Assembly (NCBI GenBank): GCA_037447605.1
Contig: CM074808.1
Span: 1,984,001 to 2,048,000, forward strand
Direction of reading: 5' to 3'
DNA: 64,000 bases
DNA from: Zygnema circumcarinatum SAG 698-1b
Lineage: Eukaryota > Plantae > Zygnematophyceae
The notes below the pieces were generated by a model. It worked only from the letters and a program-made list of their open reading frames with translations. It searched no databases and was not told the origin of the DNA. The translations under genes were made by a program, and so were the position numbers. Shown piece after piece: positions 52,725 to 64,000 of this stretch (position 1 is its first letter; each line of letters starts with the position of its first letter).

Positions 52725-55700
52725 ATGGCGGCCCTCGTCTCTGCGTGCCCTCTCCTGACCGCTTTCCCGTCCACGCGGGCACTTCCTTCTACATCGCGAG
52801 GCCTTCGCCCGCGCAGCGCTCTTAAAGGGCAGTTAGGGAGGCGGACTGTCGTGGCGGATGCCGCGGCCATAGGAGCCGCACTGCTCGGACTAGGTGCTGC
52901 TGGAGCTTCGGCTATAGCTGCTGGCATGGCTGTTGGAGATGGGAATAGGAGGGATTCTCTGCAATGCGTTCGCAAGGGAATGTTTCTTTTTACACAGGTG
53001 CGGTTGCAGGACGCCCAGCTGGTCGGGGGCATGTGCACTTGACTGCGCCTGTGATAAAGAAAGAGTACCTTGGAAGGTGGTTTTTTTTTTTTATTACAAT
53101 ATTGAGGTCATTGTACTTCTCGTGTTGCTGCTGCGGCGGAGTTTGGTGAGCAGTCGGACGTGGAGGGCTCTCTGAGGGAGTTTGACCGAGCCCTACAGCT
53201 CGACCCTTCGCAGCGTCCATGTGAGTGCAGGTCCTACCCTTTTTGTCCCTTTTTTGAAGTAGGGATGGCACAGTGGAAGATGCCATCAAGGTATTAATGT
53301 AATTCAGGGTGGTGATGTTTCGTCAGAAACATTTTTTTAGGAGAGGGCCTTGATTTCTTACGGAGGCTTACGCGTTTCGAGAAATAATCAAGCGAAACGA
53401 GTTAAACTGTTATTTTTTCAGAGGCTGTCTTTCTATGTTTTTTAGGACAAATCCGTATTGGCCTGAACTCGGGATGGGGACGAGAGTCAAAACCATAAAG
53501 CATAGTCGGCTTACTGCATTGGGACATAGAATTGCGTCATGACGTCCTACTAGTTTCGGATGAGGTAATACAATTTATTTTCAATCACTGGTACTAGAAA
53601 TCTAGAAATTAGCGGTACGTGTCAAGCTTGACAGTATTCATTTCCACCTTCACCAATTTATCATTTTACTCGCAAGCCACTCTTCTGCAAGCAGTGTTTT
53701 TGAGGAATTGTTGCATTGGACAGGGTCTCTGCTCTGATGAGGTCATGTTGCTCCTCTGCAGATCTCTGGCAGCGCGGTCTCTCTCTCTACTATGCCAACA
53801 GGTGGGCTGAATCAAGCACCGTTTACATCATTTTCCTCGTCTCATTTGCAGAATTACCGGGAGAATCTCGCTTGAAGGCACTGAAACAGTCTTGCACGCA
53901 GCTGCAGACAATGGAGTGTCTTTGCAGTGCAAATTGAATTTAGTTGCATCTTTTAATCTGCTGGAGTCAATTGGTCTGGATTCCTTGTCCTAGAATACAA
54001 ATAGGTCCTCAAAATGCATTCATCAGGTAAGTAAGATATTTTTACTGATGTAGAAAATGTTAAGTTGCCCTCCTGCTCGTTGTCCTGTGTCAAAAGCTGT
54101 TGCTAAATTTCTTGAAAGAAGTATAATCAAAGTTTAGGAGGTGTTTTCGGCGATTATGTGAAGACAATACAAGACTGTGGAAACCTAAGTGTCCTCCTTG
54201 AAATATGGGTGCATTGATTGCGCACCAGTTAGGACACTTGCACTGCTGGACAGTTTAGGCAGTTCAACTGCAGGTGCGCTTGATTTACGCCGCTGAGCGA
54301 ATATGGCAGCGACTGGTTGCCAACTGGCATGGCTGAATGACTTTGTCCAACTGCAGCTGTAACCATGCTTCAGCTCTCATGTAACAGCACACCTGGGGCG
54401 CTCACCTCCGATAATCGGACAGGTTTGAGGAGGGTGCAGAGCAGTTTCGTGATGATGTGGCAGTGAACCCCAACGACACCGAAGAGGTGAGCAGACCATT
54501 TTAGACCGCACACGTCCCTGCAACAGCACGAGCTGCCAGATCATCGCCCATCCCTTATCTTCCCTTTGGTCTGGCAGGCAATCTGGTGCTTTCTTTGCGA
54601 AGCACAATACTCTTCTGCTGAAGCAGCAAGGAAAAACTTTTTGCAGGTGAAGAACCTGTACCTCTTCCTTGACTCATTGAAAAAACTTCCTTCAAACGGC
54701 CCATCAGGTTGTCGATAGCTAGTTTTTGTGTTTTGTCTTACTCCATTCAGAAAGAAAACATATTTTTCCCGGCTATTTTGCAGCATTGGAGGAAGCACGA
54801 TTAGTTCTGAACCCTTTGTTCACCAAGTGCCATTACTTCAAGATCCATTGGTTTCAAATGAGGCGTGTGCAGCACTTGCTTTCGCGTTGAATTTGTGAAG
54901 AAAAAATCTATAGCCAAACACATGGGCAGCTTGGTCCGTTTCCTCAATAGCTCATTCAGTCAGTACTGTGCTATCGCAGACTATGAGGCAGGGGAGTTGG
55001 AATGCGAAGCAATCCTTTTAAGTTGAATCGAAGCGTGGGTAGTTCATCAGGCGTTCTGCAACTGACACTGCCTCTGGCACAATGATGTGCAGGTAGGGAG
55101 AGATCCACGGCCTGTTATGAGAGCTGCTTATGAGCTCTTTCAAACAGGTGGCAGCCCAGAACAGGTACGTTTTATGTACATTTGTGATTTTGAGAGGATA
55201 CGCCCCCGATATTCTTTGCTAAATAACCAGTTGGTTTCCGCTCCAAGCAAAATATTGCTCATCCATTGATCTCCTAACGTTATATTTGACAGTCATTGTC
55301 ATTGATCTCGAGTGGTCGCATGCTGTGCTGATTGTTTGAAGTTATTTTCGAGAGCAAATGCAGGGGAAAAGTTGCATGCTAACTGACTTCATGCTGCTTA
55401 CAGCCTCACATGAAGGGCGCAGATGAGAACCTGAGGCTCGACTCGCATTGGGGAAAGGGTGGGGCAGCTGTTGGCTGCATTGAGCAAAGACCCTGATGGA
55501 CATGACGGCTTTTATGGAAGCCTCTATTTGGGCCTCTTTTATGAGGCAGAGGTGAAACTTCATGCTTTTTTTTCTACCTTGTAATGGTTCTTGAGCAATG
55601 CCCAGTGGAGACACTGGTCCATTGACTGCTGCTAGTGCACAGATTTTCCGTCCATTGCTATTATCGAATATGGTGGGCCGATATAAGGGTTGGTAATTCC

Positions 55701-56035
55701 AGGGCCTTGCAGTCCAGTAAAGGTGTTGCATGTGGCGGAACGGGCACAGAGAGTCGAGGATCGAGCCAAGGAAGCCATCACTGCAGCAGTACGTACAACC
55801 TATGGATCCAGGTAAGTCCTGATTTCCCCCCCTTTCTGGCCAGTTCTTTGTCATATGACATGGTTTGAGTGGATGACTCACACTTGAATGCAAAAAGAAC
55901 ATTGTCTTGAACGCACTTGTCCTGTGTTTCCATGTTGAAGTGAAGGTGTTTGCTGATAATGACAGATCTGGAGACTACATGGCGAAGTTGGCCATGGTAC
56001 ACTGCATGTGCCGTGGCTGGCCTATTACTGCATGA
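52725..56035 (+). CDS. Plastid-targeted TPR protein (At3g05625-like), 9 exons
   Basis: Transit-peptide-like start, then VRKGMFLFTQ|SDVEGSLREFDRALQLDPSQRP|YLWQRGLSLYY|RFEEGAEQFRDDVAVNPNDTEE|AIWCFLCEA|VGRDPRPVMRAAYELF|FYGSLYLGLFYEA|SGDYMAKLAMVHC. Confidence 0.9.
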
Positions 56036-56741
56036 TCCATTACAGTCCAATCACATGGTGCGTACAAGTTAGGTTCAGACTGATGGCATCTCGAGGCTGA
56101 CGGGAAGTCTTTCTTGCTTTGGGTTTATTTTTGTTAGTTCAGCGTAAGTAGTGATCGTTTGGAAGCAGTGTTTGAGGAATTGAAGTCCATATGTTGAGGA
56201 ATTTCGGGACTTCTGGTTCAGATTTAATCAGACAAGGTGGTCAGGTGGCAGACCAAATAGCATCAACATGCGTTATTTAGATCTGACGGTCAAAGTTCCC
56301 CGTGTTTAACTGATACTTGTACTGGTACTCGTCAATCAAACATTTCTGATCACTAAACTGAGCAAAGGCGTTTCACCATACGTCCTCAATTTTGACCAAT
56401 GACATTGCGGCTTTCGCTACAAATTGTCTTTAAGGCTGAAGGTTTTATCTTGTGATGTTTGGCGGTGTTTTTTTTTTTTTTTTTTTCTATAACTTGCGGA
56501 CCAAATTTTCTTGATTGGCGCGGTCAAAAAGTAGAAATTGGGGCGAAGAAAGAATAGGTAAAGTAATTTATTTTTGTAATAAACGAAAGCAAAACGAAAG
56601 CAAAACGAAGGCAAAAAGAAAGGAAGTCGTAAATAGAAACAACGATTTAATGATCAGAGGCACGTTTTCTAATTTCGTTGATGGCTTTACGAGCAAAAGT
56701 ACGCACTGAAATGCTCTTGGGGGTACGTGCTTTTCTAACAG

Positions 56742-56790
56742 CAGGGGAAGGGGAAGGGAAGGGGAGGGGAGGGGGAGGGGAGGGGGAGGG
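56742..56790. repeat. G-rich polypurine tract (similar tract at 60314-60420)
   Basis: Runs of GGGGA/GGGA seen directly. G-quadruplex or triplex potential is inferred. Confidence 0.85.
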
Positions 56791-57607
56791 TTAAGTTTAG
56801 GAAGCTGAAAGGCTTCTTCTGCTGCCTGGGGAGGGGAGGAGAGCAAAAAGGAAGAATTATGGGCAAATTATGGAACAAGGAGAGGCCAAGATCTGGCTGC
56901 TTTGCAAAACCAAAATGAGCATCAACATACCAAGGAGGTGCTGCAAAAAACCGGCAGAAAGAGAGCCATCCCAACAGGAAAAGAAAAACACTTTTGTTCT
57001 TATGAAAGAAATACAAGTGAGGACAACGCTCATAAGCCAACGCGACGACTGCACAACATTTCCTGCGAACGCTTTATTGCACTCTCATTGAAAAAAAATC
57101 AAATGAAAAATGAAAAATGAAAAATTCTAGTCAGCCAGTTCCATGTTTAGCTACACTCTTGAACTTCACTTTGAAATTGAGCAACGATGGAAACTGCAAA
57201 CATAATGTTGTTGCAGCAAAGAAATCGCACTCAAATCTCCCAAAGTCTGAGCAAACTAAACTGAAACTGAACCTGAAGCTGACGTTGACACCGACTAATG
57301 AAGGAATGCAAAAGTGCAAACACTGTACATCAAAATGCAAAATTGACGTGCAACTAAAACTAAAACTGAAGCTGAATCTTCCCATTCGCTTTGGAGCTTT
57401 CGAAAGGCGTTTCTTTTGCTCGCCACAAATTGTACGCCTCCAAACAATCTCTCTTGAATTCCTCCGCAGTCTTCAGCTTCGCTGACTCAACCATTGCTTT
57501 AAACTCTCAAGGACAGCGCGGACACTTGAGGTTGCAGCCATCCTTACATTGCAAAAAGACCCCTCTCGGGTCACTCCACATGGGATGAAGTGGTTTCACC
57601 GGAGTTT

Positions 57608-58481
57608 TCAGCGGTTTCGGGGCAAGTCCAAATTCACGTGCCAGCCCGAGAAACGATTCCTCTCGCGATCCCAATCATTCAACCTTTCACGAATAGAAGC
57701 TAATTCAGCTACTTCTTGCCATTCTTTTTCCTGCTTCATTCTCCAAGAGGAGAAGCTTTGCGGAGTGGGACTTGGCACATTTCCTCCCATTCGCCTTTGC
57801 CCCTCCCGAGTACTACTGTGGCGGCGGCTGTATTGCGGCTCACGGAACGCCAGTTGGCTCGCACTGAACACTGATGAGTCACGGAAGCCGGACTGCCTGG
57901 CACTAAATGGCGGCTCAGGCTCATAGAGCCTTGACTGCCTGGTATTAAATGGCGGCTGAGGCTGATAGAGCGGCGAGTAATATGCGGGATATGTCCTCAC
58001 GGTCGGGGGAACCTGTATTGCCAACAAGAGACAACAAGCGCCACATTAGTCCAGCATATGCATACCAACCCAAAAAACTCATCCATACAAAAGCAAGCAC
58101 CAAGGCAAAGAACTTTTTGATGCTAACAACCCTAAAAACAAAAGGCTTGAAAGCTTTATAAGGTGCAGCAGGTCATACCCGGCGAGGATTGGCTAACTCC
58201 CTTGCGAACTCCTTGTGCAGCCAATCCACAACGGAAAGGTATGTCTTTCCGACTTCTTTGGCGCCCACACCCAGCCAGAACCAAGCCGTGTCCAGCAAGC
58301 TGTATCCAAGATTTTCCATGACGACCAGCCATGGGACACTGCAAAAATCGAAGGCAAGGTCTTCAAGCTGCGTGCGGGCCGCTACAGCAGCCTTCAACCC
58401 GCTGCTTAGCGCTGCTGCGAGCAGTTGCATCGCTTGCAGCCATAAGGCGCACAAAGCAGCTGCAGCCTTCTGCACGGCCAT
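57608..58481 (-). CDS. Hypothetical two-exon protein (exons 58481-58179, 58012-57608), possibly frameshifted near the 3' end
   Basis: ATG in CCATGGC context just after a (CT)n leader. Phase-0 intron GTATGA...TACAG joins ANPRR|VPPTV in frame. No known domain recognised. Confidence 0.55.
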
Positions 58482-58491
58482 GGATGAGCAG

Positions 58492-58502
58492 GAGAGAGAG
58501 AG

Positions 58503-58566
<64 letters not shown>
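58492..58566. repeat. (GA)n/(CT)n microsatellite in the 5' leader of the 58481 gene
   Basis: Seen directly. Confidence 0.95.
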
Positions 58567-58568
<2 letters not shown>

Positions 58569-58624
58569 GAGGGAGAAATGATGGCCCGGACCGGAGGGCG
58601 TGGCCTTGGGGTGGGCCACGGGCA

Positions 58625-59255
58625 GCCCTGAAATGGTTTTGGCTGCCGTGTGCGCGACGTAAGCGTCCGCGATTGGGCGAGCACCGTCCGGGCAGCTCAA
58701 GGTTAGCCGCGAGCTGCCCGGAGAGAAAAGGTGTGGCCCAAAATGGTGGGCCGCGCGTCTACCTCATCTCAAATCTTGGATAAGACTGTACGAACAGACA
58801 GGTGGCGCCACCGCCGTGGGGGAATGGTCGCGTACGGTGCGCGTGACATGACGTGACGCGCCGAAGGGGGGCTGCACCTGCTCGTACTCGCGGCGAGGGA
58901 GGACCGGAAAGAATTTCAGCTGCCCGGCCGACGCTCGCCCAATCGCGGACGGACACGGCAGCCGAAGTCATTTCGGGCCATGCGTTGGACGGGCCATGGG
59001 TTGGATCAACCATTGGATCCAATGGTTCCGATTGGGCGTGCGTCGTCCGCGCAGCTCAAGGTTGGCCGCGAGCTGCCCGGGGAGAAAAGGTGTGGCTGAA
59101 AACGGTGGGCCGCGCGCGTACCTTATCTCAAATCTGGTTTTATACAATGTCGACGGTCGATATTGAGCCACGTGTCTATTTGGTTGTTGACAAAGTTCCA
59201 TCGTCGGATCGCGGTTCGCGCACGCACTGAAGGGGGGCCGCATCTGGTCGTCATT
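58625..59255. repeat. Diverged tandem duplication (~360-bp period); the first unit carries internal inverted repeats
   Basis: CGATTGGGCG...GCAGCTCAAGGTT-GCCGCGAGCTGCCCGG-GAGAAAAGGTGTGGC...ATCTCAAATCT at 58670-58775 and 59029-59135. 58918-58978 is the reverse complement of 58626-58697. Confidence 0.75.
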
Positions 59256-61516
59256 GCGTTATTTATAGTGAGCCATCTTTGACAGTAGAATGGGAAATTT
59301 CAATTCCAGTTCTTATACTGTGCACATGCGCAGTCCCAGTTACAGTCGGTCGCCGTAAAGCCTTTTACGGAACTGTGTGGCAAAGAGCGGCAGACCTCTC
59401 GTCAAGGAGCCCCCGTCCCCTCTCCCGGAAACCACTAGTGCTCGAGCGCGGACCTTTTTTTATTTTTCAGGCTCAGGAGCTGACCATTCCTGTCGCTCCC
59501 TTGCATGTGCGACCGATGCTTGCCCGGCTTTTGGGGCGGCCGCTGGTCCGAAGATAGGAAAAGCCTCGAAGAGGAAAAAAGAGAAACTCGCAAACAAGGC
59601 ATTCAAATGGTGGACCGGAAGCTCAAGAAGTTAAAAAAGGACATTATTCTCAATGACTTCCATACGGATTTATCAAACAAACTGAATGTTGGTGACTCGC
59701 AAAATATCAAGCCTCTACAAGAGTTCGACGAGAGCCCGAAAACACACGACTGGTTGAATAGAAGTGAAGAATGCTGGTCTCACAATTCGCTCTCACATGT
59801 ACAGATTGCATATCAGACATCACCAAGATGGCTTTTGGTCGAGATCAGCCTGCCAGCAACCGGTCTTATTCAAACAAAATCAAGCACAGGAGCTACAAAC
59901 AATGAGTAAAGGCAGCAGCGTAGATTTAATGGAAAGGGAGAGGGCTTCAGCCAGAAAACGTTCTCGCTGCAGCAAATGCTCACAGGCACAGTGGACCCAA
60001 TGCTGTTCAGCATACATGATCAACCATTTTGATAATTTTGGTGCCACAAAAACAGAAGGAGCACGTATGGGAGGCAGGAGATCTTCAAATCAACCCGTAT
60101 GCAACGTCCAACACGAGTCCGCGGTAAACTTCCAATTCATTAACACAAGTTTCACCAGCAGAAGTGGTACAATACATAAAATGGAACTTTCAGAAGTATA
60201 TATTCTTCATGTCCTATACATACGATTTCCATTCATTCTCATCATCCTCTACACATTCTCTTTTTTTCTACTTCCCTTCTGTCCTCTCCTCTCTTTCCTC
60301 TCTCCATTCCCCTGGGGAAGGGGAAGGGAAGTGGAGGGGAAAGGGAGGGGGGAAGGTGAGGGGAAGGGGAGGGGAAGGGGAGGGGGAAAGGGGAGGGGAA
60401 GGGGAGGGGAAGGGGAGGAGAAAACGAGCAATCAAAGTTGGGGTTTTCCCACAGCCTGCACCAGCAATAATGCAAACGCGGGCACAAGTAGAACAAGCGG
60501 CAAACAGGCACTGCGTGTTGTACAGTGACTGATAAGCACAAGAAAGAAAAAACGCAGGAAAAAATGCTCTGATTTTGCATGCACGTGTAGGCGTTTGTCC
60601 TATAAATTATTCCCTTTGTGACTACACCAACATTTATGAAACGTGCGTCTTGAAAGCCGTAGTACGTCCGCATCTGCCTTTCGTTACTTCAACCTATTCT
60701 GGAACTAATGTGGTCGCATAAGCCACCTGCACCACTCTCTGGTGTGCAGAATCGACTCCACAACAGCGCAGTGAATGAATTTTGAAGGGTCAGTACAGGT
60801 CAAACCACTGAACAGTGGTCAGCGGAAAAACCGCTGGCAAAAATCAGTTTGCCAACAGTCGCCTTTGGCAGGTCGGCAGCACCTCCATTGGTTAAGGACT
60901 TAGGAAAGCAGTTTCTCGCAGAATGTGAAATATCCATAAGTTTAGTTTGTCAAGAAGGGACGGCCTGACCTTCCTGAACACCCGACAGAGAGGAACGTTC
61001 AGTGGAAGCACAGGGCGAATGAACTACACGAACACCCATCTTGGTATCAACCTATCGCACTCCGTCTGACCAAGTATAGAAAGAAATTGTCTGAACAATC
61101 CAAGCGAACGAAATTGTGCAGAGTGACGTGAAAAATGTCCTTTGTTTTTGGCAATTTCACAGAGTCATTCGATCACATGTAAAAAACATTCATATCCTCT
61201 CCTATTCTTGGTTATGGAACACTACACAATAAGGTATTCTACCTGGAGGAAGTCAATGTGCTGCTCTCAGCCAACTATGAGGAAAACCAAATAGACGAAT
61301 GGTCGTCTGCTAAGTGGGAGATGGTATCGCTGTCACTACAGTTCTTGACATCCTGGCAGCAAACACACCACTTCCCAGCCGAGCGCTTCCTCAGTCGGCA
61401 CTCATGATCACCCCAAAGCCCTGTCGCAAAGCTTTCGGCAGGACACTACTCTGTTTGGAGCCTCCTGAGCTACCTGACGGCTGATGCCTTCCCGAGTGTG
61501 AACTGCCCAATTGCGC

Positions 61517-62211
61517 TTAAACTTTCTCCAACTTCTTCATCTTCGAAGGAGGCCACTTCCCCTTCTTCCGCAACTGACGCTTCTTCAACAACCTTTTCCG
61601 ACGGGCAAGTTTCTTCTTGGCAAGTTTCCGGTCTGCGTCTGATTGAAACTGCAGTTTGGCAAGCTTCTCAGCGTCCTCCACGGCATCCTCTGGTTCCGCA
61701 GAGCTTTCTGTGCTCTCTGCGGCTGCCCGCACAACAATGCTTCTCTTGCTGCTACTGAACAACGCTGGATATGTAAGCACCCCGCACACCTCCGCAGAAA
61801 CTGCATGCCTCAGTGTGCTGAGTCCTGCACGACAGCGACGAAAGCGAAATTAAACAGTCAAAAGGGTAAGGAGCAAGAATTTTACATCTACGAACTGCAC
61901 GTTGCTGCAACAGAATTAACAAGTTTTTCGCTGAACCCTGACAGAAAAGGGAGCATGCGCTGCTCCAAGACATCGACAAGCGAATTCCTGAACAGCACGA
62001 CGATTTGGAAGTCGCTGGCATGCAGTCGAACGACCGGCAGAGGGATAGCAGAGAAATTAGGTCACGCACCCTGTCGCCGGGACTCCCCGAGAAAAGGCCC
62101 GCTTATTGCGAGATCCACAGCGCCACGTGCTCCCTGAAGAGCGACGCTAATGCAGGTCGCAGGAAGCGAAAGGGACGCCATGGTGGATGCGAGAGAAGCC
62201 GCGGCAGCCAT
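61517..62211 (-). CDS. PSRP5: Plastid-specific 50S ribosomal protein 5 (PSRP5 / cL37); exons 62211-62070 and 61764-61517, with a possible frame-preserving 51-nt middle exon
   Basis: Transit peptide MAAAASLASTMASLSL...IVVRAAAE and the basic C-terminus KLARRKRLLKKRQLRKKGKWPPSKMKKLEKV typical of PSRP5. Confidence 0.9.
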
Positions 62212-62317
62212 GGAGGGACTTGGCCCGCTCCTCCGCCAAGCAGCGCCGCCACAGTGCCAATGGATAGGCCTCCACCCTCCTCGCCGCACGCGGGCGCGCT
62301 CTCGCCTCCGCGCGGCC

Positions 62318-62358
62318 GCATGGCATGGCATGGCATGGCATGGCATGGCATGGCATGG
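62318..62358. repeat. (CATGG)n pentanucleotide repeat upstream of PSRP5
   Basis: Seen directly, about 8 copies. Confidence 0.9.
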
Positions 62359-63396
62359 TATGACATGCGTCATGCCTCGGCCCGCCTACATTCTGCACGG
62401 CAGGCGCGGCACACACGGCTGCTGCACAGCCCGAAAAGCCCTGAGGATGCCGCTGCACCGGCCGGCGTGCGCTTCAGCTCGCAACTCGAAGGTGGCGCAT
62501 TTCCCATCCATTCCATTCCTTGTTGAGCTTGCCCTTCGAACGGGTCGCCAGCAAATACGAACAACCGATGAGACTTTTGGGCATTAGCACACGAGTTAGT
62601 GCATGTTGTTCAACATGACGAGGCGGATTTGACGAGTGTTGGCAGCGAAATGCACGACAACCAGATCATCACATCGCGACATTGGAACAACATCTACTAG
62701 CAGTGGTGTCTTTGGAAACAACACATCATCCCAAGTAACGAAACGCACCGCCACACAGCGCCCGTCCATTTGTTTCTATCTCGAGTTCCGCTTTCAACCA
62801 CACCGCCCCTCCCGCCGCCGGCCGTCGACTCCCCGCGACCCTCGCCAACCGAATCTGTACGGCAATGACTGATTCCGTACTGCCACTCTGCAGTTTCGTA
62901 TTCCGTTCCAGTGTACGATAACGCTGCTCGGTCAGACGCAACCAGAATCAATTCCGTACATCGTCGTCGTGTTCTGCCCGCGGGCGGCGCAGCTGCGAAC
63001 ACGTGCCCTCCGCCGCCCGCTAATAGTACGAATTCAAGTAATCATTCCGAAAACAACAAACGTTTTCAAATTCGCTGAAATTCGTCCGCGGCCGAAATTC
63101 GAATACAGAGCCAGTACCGCGCCGCGCAGTGCAGCGATCTTGACTCAAGTCCCCGTCTCTGAAAGGCTAACAATACCTTTTGTTCAATTAATCTGAGAAA
63201 ATTGAAATGTCTGAAATATTAGAAGTTCATTGTGCGCGGTGTCACAGTGACGCAAACACGAACCGGTGCGTCCGTACAGGCCCCAACGGCAGCCTTCTTC
63301 CCTCACTCCCTCCCTCCGCCATGGCCATGGCGAGGGCGAGAGCGAGGGCGATGGCGGGCGTGTGAGGGGGCGGAGAGCGCGGAGAGGAGAGGGCGC

Positions 63397-64000
63397 ATGA
63401 GGGCCCGCCGCCGGGAGCAGGGGGCTGCCCGGCCGCTGTGGCTCGCCGGCCTGGGCGCCGTTAGGCTGCTCCTGCCGCGTCTGCTCTGCGCGCTGCATCT
63501 CGCTGCTGCGGTGGGCGAGGCGGCCGCGCAGCCATGCTCCACAGAAAGCGAGTTGGTAGGGTTCCGGGGGGACCTGCGTATGCTGCAGCACCAGCTGCGG
63601 GGGACGGTTCGTGTTGTCGACGACTGCACCTTCAGGGTACGTACGCTTAGACCACGCGCAGTCTCGTGGCTGCTCTCCTGCCTGAGCGTCCGCCCAGGAA
63701 GGATGTTGGGCATCGCAGGTCATCCGTAATTACGTTTCTTCCTGCACAGTTTTGTTAGGCGAAGGTGCTCTGGACAGTTTAGAAATCAGGGATAGATCCC
63801 GTCGCCAGGTCCTTACACTCCGCTGGATCCGAATAGGACATTGTGGGCGAGAACCGCGCCCACGGAGCATGCTGTTCAGAATGAGATGGTGACTCTAGTG
63901 AGCCAATGATACCGTCAGGACATTCTCGCGTCAAGTTCTTATGCACCTCATCTCAGCGGCCTTCTACTTGGTCAGCATTCTGGGCTACGGGCTGACTAGA
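63397..64000 (+). CDS. DM13 / DOMON / cytochrome b561 protein (At5g54830-like), first exon 63397-63636; gene continues beyond the window
   Basis: Signal-peptide-like LLLPRLLCALHLAAAVGEAAA, then CSTESELVGFRGDLRMLQHQLRGTVRVVDDCTFR and a GTACGT donor; this is a DM13 N-terminal motif. Confidence 0.82.

Noticed and set aside
59505-60528. ORFs of 134 and 254 aa on +
   Set aside because: Non-ATG starts, no domain or convincing splice structure, and partly low-complexity purine/pyrimidine tracts.

Overview
Gene-dense eukaryotic nuclear DNA from a green plant of the streptophyte lineage, probably an alga or bryophyte (inferred from GT-AG introns, TTTAGGG-type telo-boxes and homologues of land-plant genes). 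I reconstructed these spliced genes by hand: F-box/JmjC (JMJ22-like), organellar RNase II/R (RNR1-like), a conserved At1g73970-like protein with a U12-type intron, V-ATPase subunit F, an ATL-type RING-H2 ligase, an FAD-dependent oxidoreductase, BAF60/SWP73, an SF3B3/DDB1-like beta-propeller protein, TAF11, a plastid TPR protein, plastid ribosomal protein PSRP5/cL37 and the 5' end of a DM13/DOMON protein. There are also two or three orphan ORFs. Five pairs of recognised genes are arranged head-to-head. The most unusual non-genic structures are: (1) a ~1.06-kb foldback element that becomes a spacer-less palindrome once a TA-flanked Tc1/pogo-type MITE is removed from its exact centre, with a sister MITE alongside; (2) a ~900-bp cassette with terminal inverted repeats and outward-facing telomere-like arrays around a coding-like core; (3) an intronic tRNA 5' half; (4) a ~780-bp intronic (GA)n tract. 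I see no prokaryotic-type system, CRISPR array or autonomous transposase. Family names are from recall of motifs, not database searches.
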